From positions 1 through 64,000 of the IMG/VR virus record IMGVR_UViG_3300047472_000134: 64,000 bases of DNA. One strand, 5' to 3'. Below are positions 20,880 to 30,141 of the stretch, piece after piece. The stretch is from a virus. The notes under the pieces were generated by a model. The model worked only from the letters and a program-made list of their open reading frames with translations. It had not been told where the DNA came from and did no database searches. Both the position numbers and the translations under genes were made by a program. Position 1 is the first letter of the stretch; every line of letters starts with the position of its first letter.

Positions 20880-21260
20880 CGGGTTTTCGGGTCGAGGTTC
20901 TGGTTCAGTTCTGGTTCAGTTCAGGCCAGTGGAGTGTTTCGACGCCGCTCGAGGACGAGAGTATTACTTACTCAAAAAATTTTCCCAGCAAACTAGGTAA
21001 CCCCTTTTCTATTATCTCTCTTTCTCTCTCTCTATTCTCTAGGGAGAAAAAAGAAAGTAAGTAATACTCTTGAAAGAGAAGGGTCATCAACTGCCCCCGA
21101 AAATGGGAATTTCCATCCCACCAGAATGGCCATAGACGAGCGTAAGCGCTGGCATGGTGCATTCCCTTCGACCACCCCTCCAATCGTGCTGGTGACTCGC
21201 CTCGTGGCGAGCTGAGCCTGTTTGGACCTGATCCAGATCCGAGATCCACGATCCATGAAC
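20880..21260. other. Candidate replication origin
   Basis: 15-bp inverted repeat (20958-20972 / 21056-21070) enclosing an AT-rich pyrimidine-then-purine tract, flanked by short GTTC/GATCC repeats. Confidence 0.55.
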
Positions 21261-21497
21261 ATTGAACGCATCAAACAGCTCGCGGAGCAGCATGGGCTCA
21301 TCACAGCCCAGCGTATCGTCGTCCGCGAAAAAGTCCGCGCAGCGATCCACCGAGCCCAAACCGTCGACGAGATCAAGGCGATCCTCCTCGACATGTATCC
21401 GGAGGTAAAACCGTGACAAGGCGCCACTTCCCCATCCACCAACCCATCACACGCCAGAGCCCGACAGATCGGAGCCTCTGGATCATCAAGGTGAACC

Positions 21498-21743
21498 ATG
21501 ACCAAGATTAAGCCCCTCGAATGGGACGCCCGCAATGAGGGCTTCGGCCACGGCCGGATCCACTATGGGTTCGGTGTCTTCAGGCACTGGTACGGCGTGA
21601 GGCGCATCAAGACAGGCTCTTGGGAATGCTTCTACCACCTCGGCGGGACCACGGTCCGACTGCCGCTCCAATCGAGCCTCGAGATCGCCAAGGCTGAAGC
21701 CCAGGCGGACTACGAAAAGCACATGCTGGGCGCCATAGCCTAA
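21498..21743 (+). CDS. Hypothetical protein
   Basis: KIKPLEW... SLEIAKAEAQADYE pattern common in phage early genes. Confidence 0.65.
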   Translation: MTKIKPLEWDARNEGFGHGRIHYGFGVFRHWYGVRRIKTGSWECFYHLGGTTVRLPLQSSLEIAKAEAQADYEKHMLGAIA

Positions 21744-21776
21744 TCCCACCACCCTCAATCTGAATCAGGATGAACC

Positions 21777-22109
21777 ATGTCGGTACTCGACTTGCTTACC
21801 CGTGCCCAAAATCTGATCCGCGATCCAGCCAACTGGACGCAGGACTTCATCGCTCGCGACAAGATAGGCAGACCTGTCAACGTCACAGATCCGGACGCAG
21901 TTTGCTTCTGCAGTCTCGGCGCTCTGGCACGAGCTGAACCTGATCCAGAAGCACGAGCCAAGGCCAAGATTTACCTCCATGACGCTGTCGACCACCTGAC
22001 GGGTGGCTGGGGCATCGCGACGTTCAACGACCGCGAAGGCCGCACCCACGCCGAGGTCATGGCCATGTGGGACAAGGCACGGGAGCTCGCCATTGCAAAC
22101 GCCGCTTGA
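21777..22109 (+). CDS. DUF6197-like protein, paralog 1
   Basis: LIRDP..WTQ...AR...G......DA.CFCSLGA...FND...THAEV..WDKA. Confidence 0.75.
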   Translation: MSVLDLLTRAQNLIRDPANWTQDFIARDKIGRPVNVTDPDAVCFCSLGALARAEPDPEARAKAKIYLHDAVDHLTGGWGIATFNDREGRTHAEVMAMWDKARELAIANAA

Positions 22110-22431
22110 GACCCTGACCCTCGCCCAGGATCTGATCCGCGATCCTCGCAAGTGGACCAAGGGCTACTTCGCTCGCAATGAGCGGGGAGCCATGGTCGAG
22201 GCCAACTCGCTGAACGCCAAGTGCTGGTGCGCCGTTGGTGCGGTGCTGAAGGTCTCGAACTACAGCCCCTATCTGGGGCTCAGCAACAACAGGGTGATCC
22301 GGCTGCTGAGCCAGGCCAGCAATGACGTGATCGTCCCTCATTTCAACGACAATCCCGACGTCACCCATGACGACATCATGGCGATGTTCAACCGTGCGAA
22401 AGGCCTGGCCCGTGAGCAACAAGCTGCTTGA
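22093..22431 (+). CDS. DUF6197-like protein, paralog 2
   Basis: Same motif (WTKG..ARN..G, CWCAVGA, FND...TH); TTG start after GGGAG. Confidence 0.75.
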   Translation: MQTPLETLTLAQDLIRDPRKWTKGYFARNERGAMVEANSLNAKCWCAVGAVLKVSNYSPYLGLSNNRVIRLLSQASNDVIVPHFNDNPDVTHDDIMAMFNRAKGLAREQQAA

Positions 22432-22738
22432 ACTGATAACCGCCGGTCAGGAGCTGATCCGTGATCCTGCCCACTGGACCCAGGGCATCTATGCCCGCAA
22501 CTCGGCCGGCGAAGCTGTCGGCATGCTGTCTGATCGCGCTTTTTGCTTCTGCAGCATCGGTGCTCTGCACCGTGCTCAACATAATCTCGATCTTGAATAC
22601 GAACTGATCGACCAAGCGCACGAGATTCTGGACAAGGCCACCGGCGAGATCGAGAGCGTGGTCAAGGCGAACGACAGCAACTCGCACGACTATGTCATGG
22701 GCATGTGGGACAGGGCGAAGGAGCTGGCCAGTGCCTGA
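22412..22738 (+). CDS. DUF6197-like protein, paralog 3
   Basis: Same motif (WTQG..ARN..G, CFCSIGA, ND..SH); GTG start. Confidence 0.75.
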   Translation: MSNKLLELITAGQELIRDPAHWTQGIYARNSAGEAVGMLSDRAFCFCSIGALHRAQHNLDLEYELIDQAHEILDKATGEIESVVKANDSNSHDYVMGMWDRAKELASA

Positions 22739-22988
22739 CATCGAAATCTCCATCGACGTCGACATCACCGCCGGGATCGCATTCTGGGTCGATCCAGAAC
22801 ACTGGCTCGAGCTCGATGAAGCAGGGAAGCGAGCCCACATCGCTGGCGTGATCGACGCCATCGCAGGGGACATGGCGAACGACGTGATCCGCTTCCGGGC
22901 CGGCAACCTGTCGGCCTCCATCACCGGACCAATCCAAGACACGATCTCCCTCGACGAGGTGCAGATCTATGATCCGAGGGAAACATGA
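22731..22988 (+). CDS. Hypothetical protein
   Basis: GTG start after AAGGAG; acidic. Confidence 0.6.
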   Translation: MPDIEISIDVDITAGIAFWVDPEHWLELDEAGKRAHIAGVIDAIAGDMANDVIRFRAGNLSASITGPIQDTISLDEVQIYDPRET

Positions 22989-23242
22989 ACCAGAGAATGA
23001 CCTTCAACACTGGCCGGCTCTACACAGCGCTCGGCCAGGTGATCACGTTCGAGAAGCACGACGATCACGTCCTGTTCAAGGACCACAGCCGCCTGATCTG
23101 CGGCCGGATCGACGATGTCCCTCCCCTGGGTGTCGAGATCCCGAAGTGGGTGATGAGCCACTACGACAAGAACAACTATCGCATGTCGACCGAGGCCATC
23201 GGCCTCGACCAGTCGGACACGATCCACAACGTGAGGCTCTAG
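22985..23242 (+). CDS. Hypothetical protein
   Basis: ATGA-coupled; FNTGRLYT..GQ.I motif. Confidence 0.65.
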   Translation: MNQRMTFNTGRLYTALGQVITFEKHDDHVLFKDHSRLICGRIDDVPPLGVEIPKWVMSHYDKNNYRMSTEAIGLDQSDTIHNVRL

Positions 23243-23499
23243 CGGGGCAACTGACCCAAGATCCACTTGTTGCCTAGTTTGTTGTTGCAGGATCTGCAGC
23301 GCAATCGAGACGTGAGCGATCCAAGGTAGGCACCCTTGCCATACCTCCGAGCCAGATCCCAGCGATCGAGCCACGCTTCACGCTCACACTTGGGGCAGCT
23401 GACCCCAATCGCCTGATACTCCGGGACATCGTCGAATGTGACGTGAATGGGCTCCTTGATTGGACCCAGATACGTGATGTCGCCTGACCGCTGTCTCAT
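23239..23499 (-). CDS. Small Zn-ribbon protein (CxxC...CxxC), LexA-boxed
   Basis: CPKC and CRSC; ATG at 23499 immediately follows a GAAC-N7-GAAC box. Confidence 0.75.
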   Translation of the reverse strand: MRQRSGDITYLGPIKEPIHVTFDDVPEYQAIGVSCPKCEREAWLDRWDLARRYGKGAYLGSLTSRLRCRSCNNKLGNKWILGQLPR

Positions 23500-23500
23500 C

Positions 23501-23515
23501 GTTCTTATTTCGTTC
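23501..23515 (-). promoter_or_regulatory. Alphaproteobacterial LexA (SOS) box
   Basis: GTTC-ttatttc-GTTC exact consensus; TTGACT -35-like hexamer on the minus strand at 23529-23534. Confidence 0.75.
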
Positions 23516-23535
23516 ACGCAATCGAAAGAGTCAAT

Positions 23536-23931
23536 ATGACCGATTTCGTCAAAAGCTCGGGGTGCATCTTCACCGATCTCGAACTGACGCCGCCTCTTAC
23601 CCTGTCCTACAAGAACTGGAAGGGTGAAGTGGCCGACCGCATGATCATGCCGACAACCGTTTGGTTCGGGACGACCGAATGGCACCCCAACCCACAATGG
23701 TTCCTCAAAGGCACGGACCTGGAGAAGCGTGAGGAGCGAGATTTCGCGATCGCTGACTTCGGGGCGAGCAAGGACCAGCTCATCGAACAGATGGCCGGCG
23801 CCCTCAACTTCATCCTGGCCTTCTACGAACCGGGCCAGAGCTACCTGGACACCAACGCATGGACCAGAGCCGAGGCCGGTGGCCGCAAAGCTTTGGCGGA
23901 CGCGAAAGCTGCGGGGTACTTCCGTGCCTGA
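23536..23931 (+). CDS. WYL-like domain protein
   Basis: Y.NWKGE...R.I.P.....G..EWHP..QWFL.G.D.EK...RDF pattern. Confidence 0.7.
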   Translation: MTDFVKSSGCIFTDLELTPPLTLSYKNWKGEVADRMIMPTTVWFGTTEWHPNPQWFLKGTDLEKREERDFAIADFGASKDQLIEQMAGALNFILAFYEPGQSYLDTNAWTRAEAGGRKALADAKAAGYFRA

Positions 23932-24011
23932 CGACGACTTCCCCTACCCCTACGACCTCAACGAGTTCGACGATGATGAAGACATCGACGAGCTGATCAG
24001 GAGCCTGAACC

Positions 24012-24347
24012 GTGACCATGACCCCGCTTGAAGTTCTCGTCGCCGGCCGTGACTTGCTGTCGGACCCTGACCGGTGGACGCAGCGTGCCCTTGCCCGAGA
24101 CAAGAAGGGCGAAGCCACGGACAATCCCTGGGACGCGAAGGCCACTTGCTTCTGCTCATTAGGCGCGGTCCACAAGGTGCTGGGCTCTGGTGAACTCGAG
24201 CTCAAGTTCGAGGTGAAGCAATACCTGTCACAGGCGGCTCCAACCCACAGTATCGTCCCCTACAACGACAACCACACTCACGCCGAGGTGCTTGCCGTCT
24301 GGGACGAGGCAATTAAGGCCGCGACCGCCGATGCACGTCACATCTGA
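24012..24347 (+). CDS. DUF6197-like protein, paralog 4
   Basis: WTQR..ARD..G, CFCSLGA, YND.HTHAEV..WD.A. Confidence 0.75.
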   Translation: MTMTPLEVLVAGRDLLSDPDRWTQRALARDKKGEATDNPWDAKATCFCSLGAVHKVLGSGELELKFEVKQYLSQAAPTHSIVPYNDNHTHAEVLAVWDEAIKAATADARHI

Positions 24348-24654
24348 CGGGACAGCGTTCGGCCAGGTCGATCCCGGTCTCCTAGCCGAAACCCGCCAGC
24401 AGCAGAGCCTCTTCAACACGGAGATGCTCAAGTACCGGGTCCGCGACGGACAGAAGCAACTGTCCATCGCCTTTCACACCAAGACCAGCATGCCGGCCAT
24501 CTTCCTCGCCGCCGGCACGTATCCGGGCCTCGCATCGATCGAGGTCCATTCGAAGAGCTTCGTCACTGTCCACACACCTTACCGGACACCTGAAGACGTG
24601 AAGCTGATGCGGAGCCACTTCCGCGATCTCTGGCAAATGACCAACACCCTCTAA
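24331..24654 (+). CDS. Hypothetical protein
   Basis: Phage-like codon use; coupled to the upstream gene. Confidence 0.55.
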   Translation: MHVTSDGTAFGQVDPGLLAETRQQQSLFNTEMLKYRVRDGQKQLSIAFHTKTSMPAIFLAAGTYPGLASIEVHSKSFVTVHTPYRTPEDVKLMRSHFRDLWQMTNTL

Positions 24655-24667
24655 GAGAGCGATCCCC

Positions 24668-26203
24668 ATGACTGCGAAACCTGCTGTGCAGACAGCGGGC
24701 AGCTTTGTGCTGCCTGCAGATATTGAACGCTATGACGACAAGGTCACCGTGACCCTGCCTCATGGCTCGCTGATGTTCGACACGGAATTCTCCAAGGGCT
24801 GGGGCTACCGCTCGATCACTGTCCTTTCCAACGACGGTGACATCACGGTCGACGGCCAGTCAGTAACTGGGCTCGCAGAAATCTCGCGGCTCTATGGCTC
24901 ATATGCCAAGGCGATCCACGTCCATCGCTCGGCAACCAACATGGCCACCGAGCTGCACCACAACGAGGTGCTGCCCTCACATGACAATAACCCTTGGCTG
25001 CGCCACCAGTGGTACCGCGACAACTTCCTTCGCTGGGTTGAGCTTATGCCGCGGCCGAGTGCAACGGTGCCTGGCGCCGTTGCCTACTACCAGAACCTGG
25101 ACAAGCGCACCCGCAACATCCTGACGCCGATCAAGCCTGGACGCTTCCTGAAGAAATTCTTCGGGGACATCCTTTCCGAAGAACAGATCCATAGCGCTGC
25201 CATGGAATGGGCATCTCGGAACGAGGGCATTCAGGTCCGCGTCACCCAGGACGCGGACGAGATCCAGACCATCTACCAGGCACACCACTTCGGCTCGTGC
25301 ATGTGGTTCCCAAGTGGTGGGTACGAGGGTCACGTCCACCCTGCCCGCGTCTATGCTGGGCCGGATCTGGGCATCGCGTACATCGGAACGGTGGATGATC
25401 CGATCGCTCGCTGCGTCGTCTATCCTCAGAAAAAGCTCTACGTCTCGATCTACGGTGACGAGACCCGCATGGAGCCCCTCCTCCGCGAGATGGGCTACCG
25501 AAATGGCCATGGCCACGAGTGGCATGGTGCTCGCATCCAGCGCATCGAGTATGGGAACGACAGGTTCATCCTGCCTTATCTCGACATGACCAGCGGTGTC
25601 GATGACCTCGGTGATTACCTGCGGCTGGGTGGCTCGATCGAGTACGACAGCGACAGCGGAGTCACTCATCGCGACGACCGCACGGCGTGTGATGAGTGCA
25701 ACGGTCGCTATGACAGGGAAGATATCACCTACATCGCGCACCTACAGCTCGATGTCTGCGATGACTGCTGCCACTCGAACTTCTTCTACTGCCATGGTGA
25801 CCAAGAGTACCATCGTGACAGTGATCAAGCCACCACTCCTGGCGCCGGCTATTCCTACTCTGAGCACTTCGTCGAGAAGAGCAACGACTGGTTCAAGTGC
25901 GAGGGTCGTGAGGAATGGTTCCAGAAGGACCGCGTCACCTACATCACCTGTGCAAGTGATATGACGTATTGCCTGAGCTACGCTCAGGACAACGGCTACT
26001 ACTGTGAGTATTCACAGAAGTGGTTCGTGGATGAAGGCTGGAATGCGAGAGTAGAACTCGCGAACGGCAAAGAGGTCAATATAAACGAGTTCGGCTCCAA
26101 GGAGGAGTTCGAAACCTTCGTTGAGACCGAAGGCACCACGATGGTGTGCCTCCCCTCCGACAATCAGCTCGAACTCGAGCTCCCCCTTCAGGAAGCAGCA
26201 TAA
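24668..26203 (+). CDS. Large hypothetical protein with Cys-rich C-terminal repeats
   Basis: KPGRFL, GSCM and PYLD motifs; repeated CxxC/FxC units. Confidence 0.75.
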   Translation: MTAKPAVQTAGSFVLPADIERYDDKVTVTLPHGSLMFDTEFSKGWGYRSITVLSNDGDITVDGQSVTGLAEISRLYGSYAKAIHVHRSATNMATELHHNEVLPSHDNNPWLRHQWYRDNFLRWVELMPRPSATVPGAVAYYQNLDKRTRNILTPIKPGRFLKKFFGDILSEEQIHSAAMEWASRNEGIQVRVTQDADEIQTIYQAHHFGSCMWFPSGGYEGHVHPARVYAGPDLGIAYIGTVDDPIARCVVYPQKKLYVSIYGDETRMEPLLREMGYRNGHGHEWHGARIQRIEYGNDRFILPYLDMTSGVDDLGDYLRLGGSIEYDSDSGVTHRDDRTACDECNGRYDREDITYIAHLQLDVCDDCCHSNFFYCHGDQEYHRDSDQATTPGAGYSYSEHFVEKSNDWFKCEGREEWFQKDRVTYITCASDMTYCLSYAQDNGYYCEYSQKWFVDEGWNARVELANGKEVNINEFGSKEEFETFVETEGTTMVCLPSDNQLELELPLQEAA

Positions 26204-27096
26204 TGATCGACACTCTGCTCGACATGTTCTCCTATCAGCGCCCCTGTGGGGGAGCGACGGAGAAACTTTTCATCGCCAAGTACCTCTCGGCCTTCCAGCC
26301 GGATGAATACGAGAACCTGGTCCTGACCGTGGGCAGCAACCCGCGGATCCTCTTCTCGAGCCACATGGACACAGTCCATCGCTTCGATGGGATCAACAAC
26401 ACCCTCAAGTTCGACGGCCAGTTCCTGTCACAGACCGGCTCGAACTGCCTTGGCGCCGACGACACAGCTGGCGTCTTCCTGATGCTGGAGATGATCAAGG
26501 CCGAGATCCCCGGCGTCTACGTGATCCACTTCGGTGAGGAATGTGGTGGCATCGGGTCGAAGAGCCTGGCGAAAGGTAATCCGGACTTCTTCCGGGATAT
26601 CGACATCGCGATCGCCTTCGACCGCATGGGTTATGAGGACATCATCACCCACCAATGCTTTCAGCAGACAGCCTCTGACGCCTTCGCTCTATCCTTTGCG
26701 GCCGAGCTGGGCGGCAGCTTCAAGCCGAGCGACGACGGCGTCTACACGGACACGGCCGAGTATGCCCACCTCGTTCCGGAATGCACCAACATCTCGGTCG
26801 GCTACTTCAACCAGCACAACAAGGGCGAAACGCAGGACGTCCGCTTCCTGCTGGCGCTACGCGAAGCGCTGCTCCAGGTCCGATGGGAGAACCTCGTCGT
26901 CGAGCGCGATCCGAGCGAGGTGGTGAAGAAGAAGTCGAGCTACTCCTACAAGTTCGAGAGGCGGCTTGAGGAGCGCAGCATGCGGGATCTCGTCTGGGAC
27001 TACCCGGATATCGCGGCTGACGTCATCCGCGCCATGGGCATTACGGTCGAGGATTTCGTGATCGCGATCGAGGAGCAGTACGGTGTCGCAGCCTAA
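26203..27096 (+). CDS. M20/M28-family zinc peptidase-like protein
   Basis: SHMDTV, GADDTAG, GEECGGIGS, AFDR, YTD and NISVGY..H metal-binding motifs. Confidence 0.85.
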   Translation: MIDTLLDMFSYQRPCGGATEKLFIAKYLSAFQPDEYENLVLTVGSNPRILFSSHMDTVHRFDGINNTLKFDGQFLSQTGSNCLGADDTAGVFLMLEMIKAEIPGVYVIHFGEECGGIGSKSLAKGNPDFFRDIDIAIAFDRMGYEDIITHQCFQQTASDAFALSFAAELGGSFKPSDDGVYTDTAEYAHLVPECTNISVGYFNQHNKGETQDVRFLLALREALLQVRWENLVVERDPSEVVKKKSSYSYKFERRLEERSMRDLVWDYPDIAADVIRAMGITVEDFVIAIEEQYGVAA

Positions 27097-27327
27097 CTTC
27101 ACCGTCAGCAAGACTGGTTCATGCTGGCTCGAGGGCGTGGGGCACTGCTCCTCACGCGACCTCCCTGCCCTCCTCTCAGTCCGATATGACGCAGTCGTCG
27201 AGCTCCAATGGGAGTTCATCGACACCTGCATCATCTGGCTGACCTTCGAAAAGATCCACGTCCTCAAAAACGGGGTGCAGAACTCTGCTCCTTGGTACAA
27301 CACGGATATACTTAGGAGTTACTGTCA

Positions 27328-27729
27328 GTGAATAAATCGAACCTGACGATACTTGCCGACTACCTCGACACCCTCCCCTCCCCTCAATTCGACATGACCT
27401 ACTTCGCCCGCGACGAACACGACGAGGTGCTCACCAGACCGGTGACCCACGAATGTGCGACCGTCGCATGCGCCGTAGGTTGGGGACCAGCTGCGGGAAT
27501 CCCGGTCAACGACGCCTCCTGCTGGACACAGTACAGCCGTGACGCGTTCGGCCTCGAGCCCAATCTCGACGCCTGGAACTGGTGCTTCGCTGGAGCCTGG
27601 TCTCACATCGACAACTCACCGGCCGGCGCCGCCAAGCGGATCCGCCACCTCATAGAGGTCGGTCTTCCGTGGGACGCGGAGAGGCAGCGCCATGGACTGA
27701 CACCGTACATTTTTGGAGTGAAGCATTGA
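27328..27729 (+). CDS. Hypothetical protein
   Basis: L..LADYL.....FDM..F...C.T.ACA.GW pattern; RBS AGGAG. Confidence 0.7.
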   Translation: MNKSNLTILADYLDTLPSPQFDMTYFARDEHDEVLTRPVTHECATVACAVGWGPAAGIPVNDASCWTQYSRDAFGLEPNLDAWNWCFAGAWSHIDNSPAGAAKRIRHLIEVGLPWDAERQRHGLTPYIFGVKH

Positions 27730-27926
27730 AATACATCATCCTCGCCCGCGACGGCTGCAGCTACTGCGACATGGCCAAGGCCATGCTGCCGGATGCGATC
27801 GTCTTGAACGACTACACGGCTCACCTGATCGTCAAGGAAGGCGGCTTCGGTACCTTCCCGCAGATCTTCCACAACGGCAAGCACATCGGAGGCTACACTG
27901 AGCTCCTCTCCTACCGACCAGACTGA
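27726..27926 (+). CDS. Glutaredoxin-like protein
   Basis: CSYC active site, TFPQIF..G.HIGG; TTG start overlapping the upstream TGA. Confidence 0.85.
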   Translation: MKYIILARDGCSYCDMAKAMLPDAIVLNDYTAHLIVKEGGFGTFPQIFHNGKHIGGYTELLSYRPD

Positions 27927-28134
27927 GTACCGGCTCGGATCGAGCGCAGCTATCTATGCGCCGGGGATCGTGAACTGGGCAATTCACGGCTACTGGAACA
28001 GGCCCGACCGCCCTCACCTCGAGAACACGATCGCCAACGGCTGGAAGATTCCCGTCGAGGCTGTCCGCGCCCTTCTGTCGAAGAAGGTGCCGTACACGAT
28101 CGAGGGCGAGACGGTGGTGTTCACCCATGGCTAG
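27898..28134 (+). CDS. Hypothetical protein with probable CTG start
   Basis: 78-codon ORF with phage-like codon use; GGAGG 5 nt before CTG; no upstream in-frame ATG. Confidence 0.5.
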   Translation: MSSSPTDQTEYRLGSSAAIYAPGIVNWAIHGYWNRPDRPHLENTIANGWKIPVEAVRALLSKKVPYTIEGETVVFTHG

Positions 28135-28369
28135 ACAGTATGTGATCACCGAGCCTGAATACCAGTCGCTCCTCGACAGGCTCGACTTGGTCAACCTGCG
28201 AATGTCGAATGTCTGCGACCCCTACCGCCACCTCGACGACGCTTGGCGCAACCTGACCGACAAGGAGAAGGAGAACTGCAAGGCAGCGATCGACAACATC
28301 CACCGTGGGTTCCACTTCGTCGTCGTGCGTTGGGCTCAGGAGATGGGCTTCGACGGGAGGCGCAAATGA
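28127..28369 (+). CDS. Hypothetical protein
   Basis: Overlap-coupled ORF. Confidence 0.6.
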   Translation: MARQYVITEPEYQSLLDRLDLVNLRMSNVCDPYRHLDDAWRNLTDKEKENCKAAIDNIHRGFHFVVVRWAQEMGFDGRRK

Positions 28370-28581
28370 AGATCGAGAGAACCTCACGCGGATTCGCGAT
28401 CGTCAAGTTCACCGATCGCTATGGCGTCGATTGCAGTCTGCAGAAAAGCAGCCTCGCATTCGAGGACGCCATCTGGCTGGGCACGTCGGATCGCATGCAC
28501 CTGACCCAGGACATGGTCCGCGATTTGCTGCCCCTCCTCACTCGCTTTGCTGAGACCGGCGAGATCCATGAGGACACCTGA
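28366..28581 (+). CDS. Hypothetical protein
   Basis: T.RGF....F.D.YG..CSLQ.SSLA...IWLG...RMHL motif, frequent in phages. Confidence 0.7.
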   Translation: MKIERTSRGFAIVKFTDRYGVDCSLQKSSLAFEDAIWLGTSDRMHLTQDMVRDLLPLLTRFAETGEIHEDT

Positions 28582-28818
28582 CAGTGTCCGCTACAGCTTA
28601 GGCTACGATGATTGGGGCAACCACCCTGCCCTTCTCCACCCGAATGACAAACTCGCCATTGACGGCGAGATCGACAACGGGCGCTACGGCAAGACCGGCG
28701 TGCCTCGAGCTGGTGGCGAGACGATCTGCAAGTGCGGCTTCTCGTTCTACCTTCACCCGCCGGTCCAAGGCGCTCTCTACTTCACCCGAACATGCGAAGG
28801 CATCGTCAAACTATAAAC

Positions 28819-28850
28819 TGCGTTGACGCACGTTAACGCACATCAACGCA
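28819..28850. repeat. 10-bp tandem repeats (centromere-like)
   Basis: CGTTGACGCA CGTTAACGCA CATCAACGCA. Confidence 0.75.
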
Positions 28851-28859
28851 GGAACATTA

Positions 28860-29075
28860 ATGAGCAGAAAGATTACCTCGGTCATCGGACCAGAACCGAT
28901 GCGAACAGGCGAAGATCCCGATTTCTACTCGGTCGGGCGTAACGACGTCACCAAGATCGATGAGTGGGAGCAGAATCTCGGCTCCTACGCCATCATCTGG
29001 TTTGAGGTCTACACCTCAAAAGGCCTGCTGGCGAAGATGAACGCGATGCATGTCGCCGCTGTGCGTTATGACTGA
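28860..29075 (+). CDS. Hypothetical protein
   Basis: 71 aa lying between two repeat clusters. Confidence 0.6.
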   Translation: MSRKITSVIGPEPMRTGEDPDFYSVGRNDVTKIDEWEQNLGSYAIIWFEVYTSKGLLAKMNAMHVAAVRYD

Positions 29076-29125
29076 CGCACGTTAACGCATGACGCATTGT
29101 GCAGCATTTTGAGGCATGTTAACGT
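29073..29125. repeat. Second cluster of the same repeat, upstream of parA
   Basis: TGACGCACGTTAACGCA-TGACGCA and GCATGTTAACG; TTGACA at 29137-29142. Confidence 0.75.
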
Positions 29126-29182
29126 CCTGTAAGGCATTGACATGCACTCTGCTGCTACAACAACAACGCTTAAAGGACGCAC

Positions 29183-29857
29183 ATGCCCGTAATTACGGTA
29201 GCGAACCCCAAGGGTGGGGCAGGGAAGTCGACCACGACTCTCGTCCTCGCCTCCACCCTGGCCTCCCGCGGCGCCAGTGTCATCATCCTGGACTGTGATC
29301 CGAACCAACCCATCACTGGATGGAGGGGAGGGGACTCAAAGAGCAAGGTCATCGTCGATGGCGACGTCAACGAGAGCAACGTCACATCGAAGCTCGACCA
29401 ATACCGGAAGGAATACCAGTTCGTGTTCGTCGATCTCGAGGGCACAGCCAGCCGGTTGATGTCGCGGGCTCTGGCTCGAGCCAACTTGGCCGTCATTCCG
29501 ATCCAAGCCAGCCCGACAGATGCAGAGCTGGCTGCGAAAGCTATTCGCCTGATCCAGGAAGAGGAGCAGGCATTCGAGAAGACGATCCCGTATCGGATCC
29601 TCTTCACCCGCACGAGCCCAGTCATCGCGACCAAGCTAGAGAAAGCCATCCTCGCCCAATTGAAGGGAGGGGAGGTGCCAACCTTCAGCAACCACCTGAA
29701 TGAGCGTGCGGCTTACAAGTCGCTCTTCTATCACCAGCTGGATCTGGACGAACTGGACTCGAATGAAGTTAATGGCCTCCCGCAGGCTAGAGAAAATGCA
29801 CTGCGCCTGGCTGAAGAGCTCATCGAGCTGGTCGTGCAGAAGAAAGAAGCAGCATGA
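29183..29857 (+). CDS. parA: ParA-family Walker ATPase (short, type Ib-like)
   Basis: KGGAGKST deviant Walker [13 protein letters not shown]; no N-terminal HTH. Confidence 0.92.
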   Translation: MPVITVANPKGGAGKSTTTLVLASTLASRGASVIILDCDPNQPITGWRGGDSKSKVIVDGDVNESNVTSKLDQYRKEYQFVFVDLEGTASRLMSRALARANLAVIPIQASPTDAELAAKAIRLIQEEEQAFEKTIPYRILFTRTSPVIATKLEKAILAQLKGGEVPTFSNHLNERAAYKSLFYHQLDLDELDSNEVNGLPQARENALRLAEELIELVVQKKEAA

Positions 29858-30141
29858 CCGGCAAGAACCTTGGCTTCGGCCGTCTCGCAGAAATCAAGCC
29901 AGAGGCCGATGAGCCGGCGCCGATCCCTGACCGGAAGGTCGACGAAGTGGCCGAGAAGCATGGTTTCGTCAGCCGCGAGCCGGTCCAGAAAATTGTCCGC
30001 CGGAAAGAAGCGGAGCCTAGTGGGAACCTGAACATCCGCCCGCCGCTCTCGACCTACAATCGGTTCGTCCAGTGGGCGATCGACAACAACCTCAGCTACC
30101 CGCAGGCTCTGAAGGAGCTGATGGATAGGGCCAAAATCTGA
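29854..30141 (+). CDS. Putative RHH partition adaptor
   Basis: ATGA-coupled to parA; disordered N-terminus, then NLNIRP...YNRF..WA......Y...L beta-helix-helix. Confidence 0.7.
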   Translation: MTGKNLGFGRLAEIKPEADEPAPIPDRKVDEVAEKHGFVSREPVQKIVRRKEAEPSGNLNIRPPLSTYNRFVQWAIDNNLSYPQALKELMDRAKI

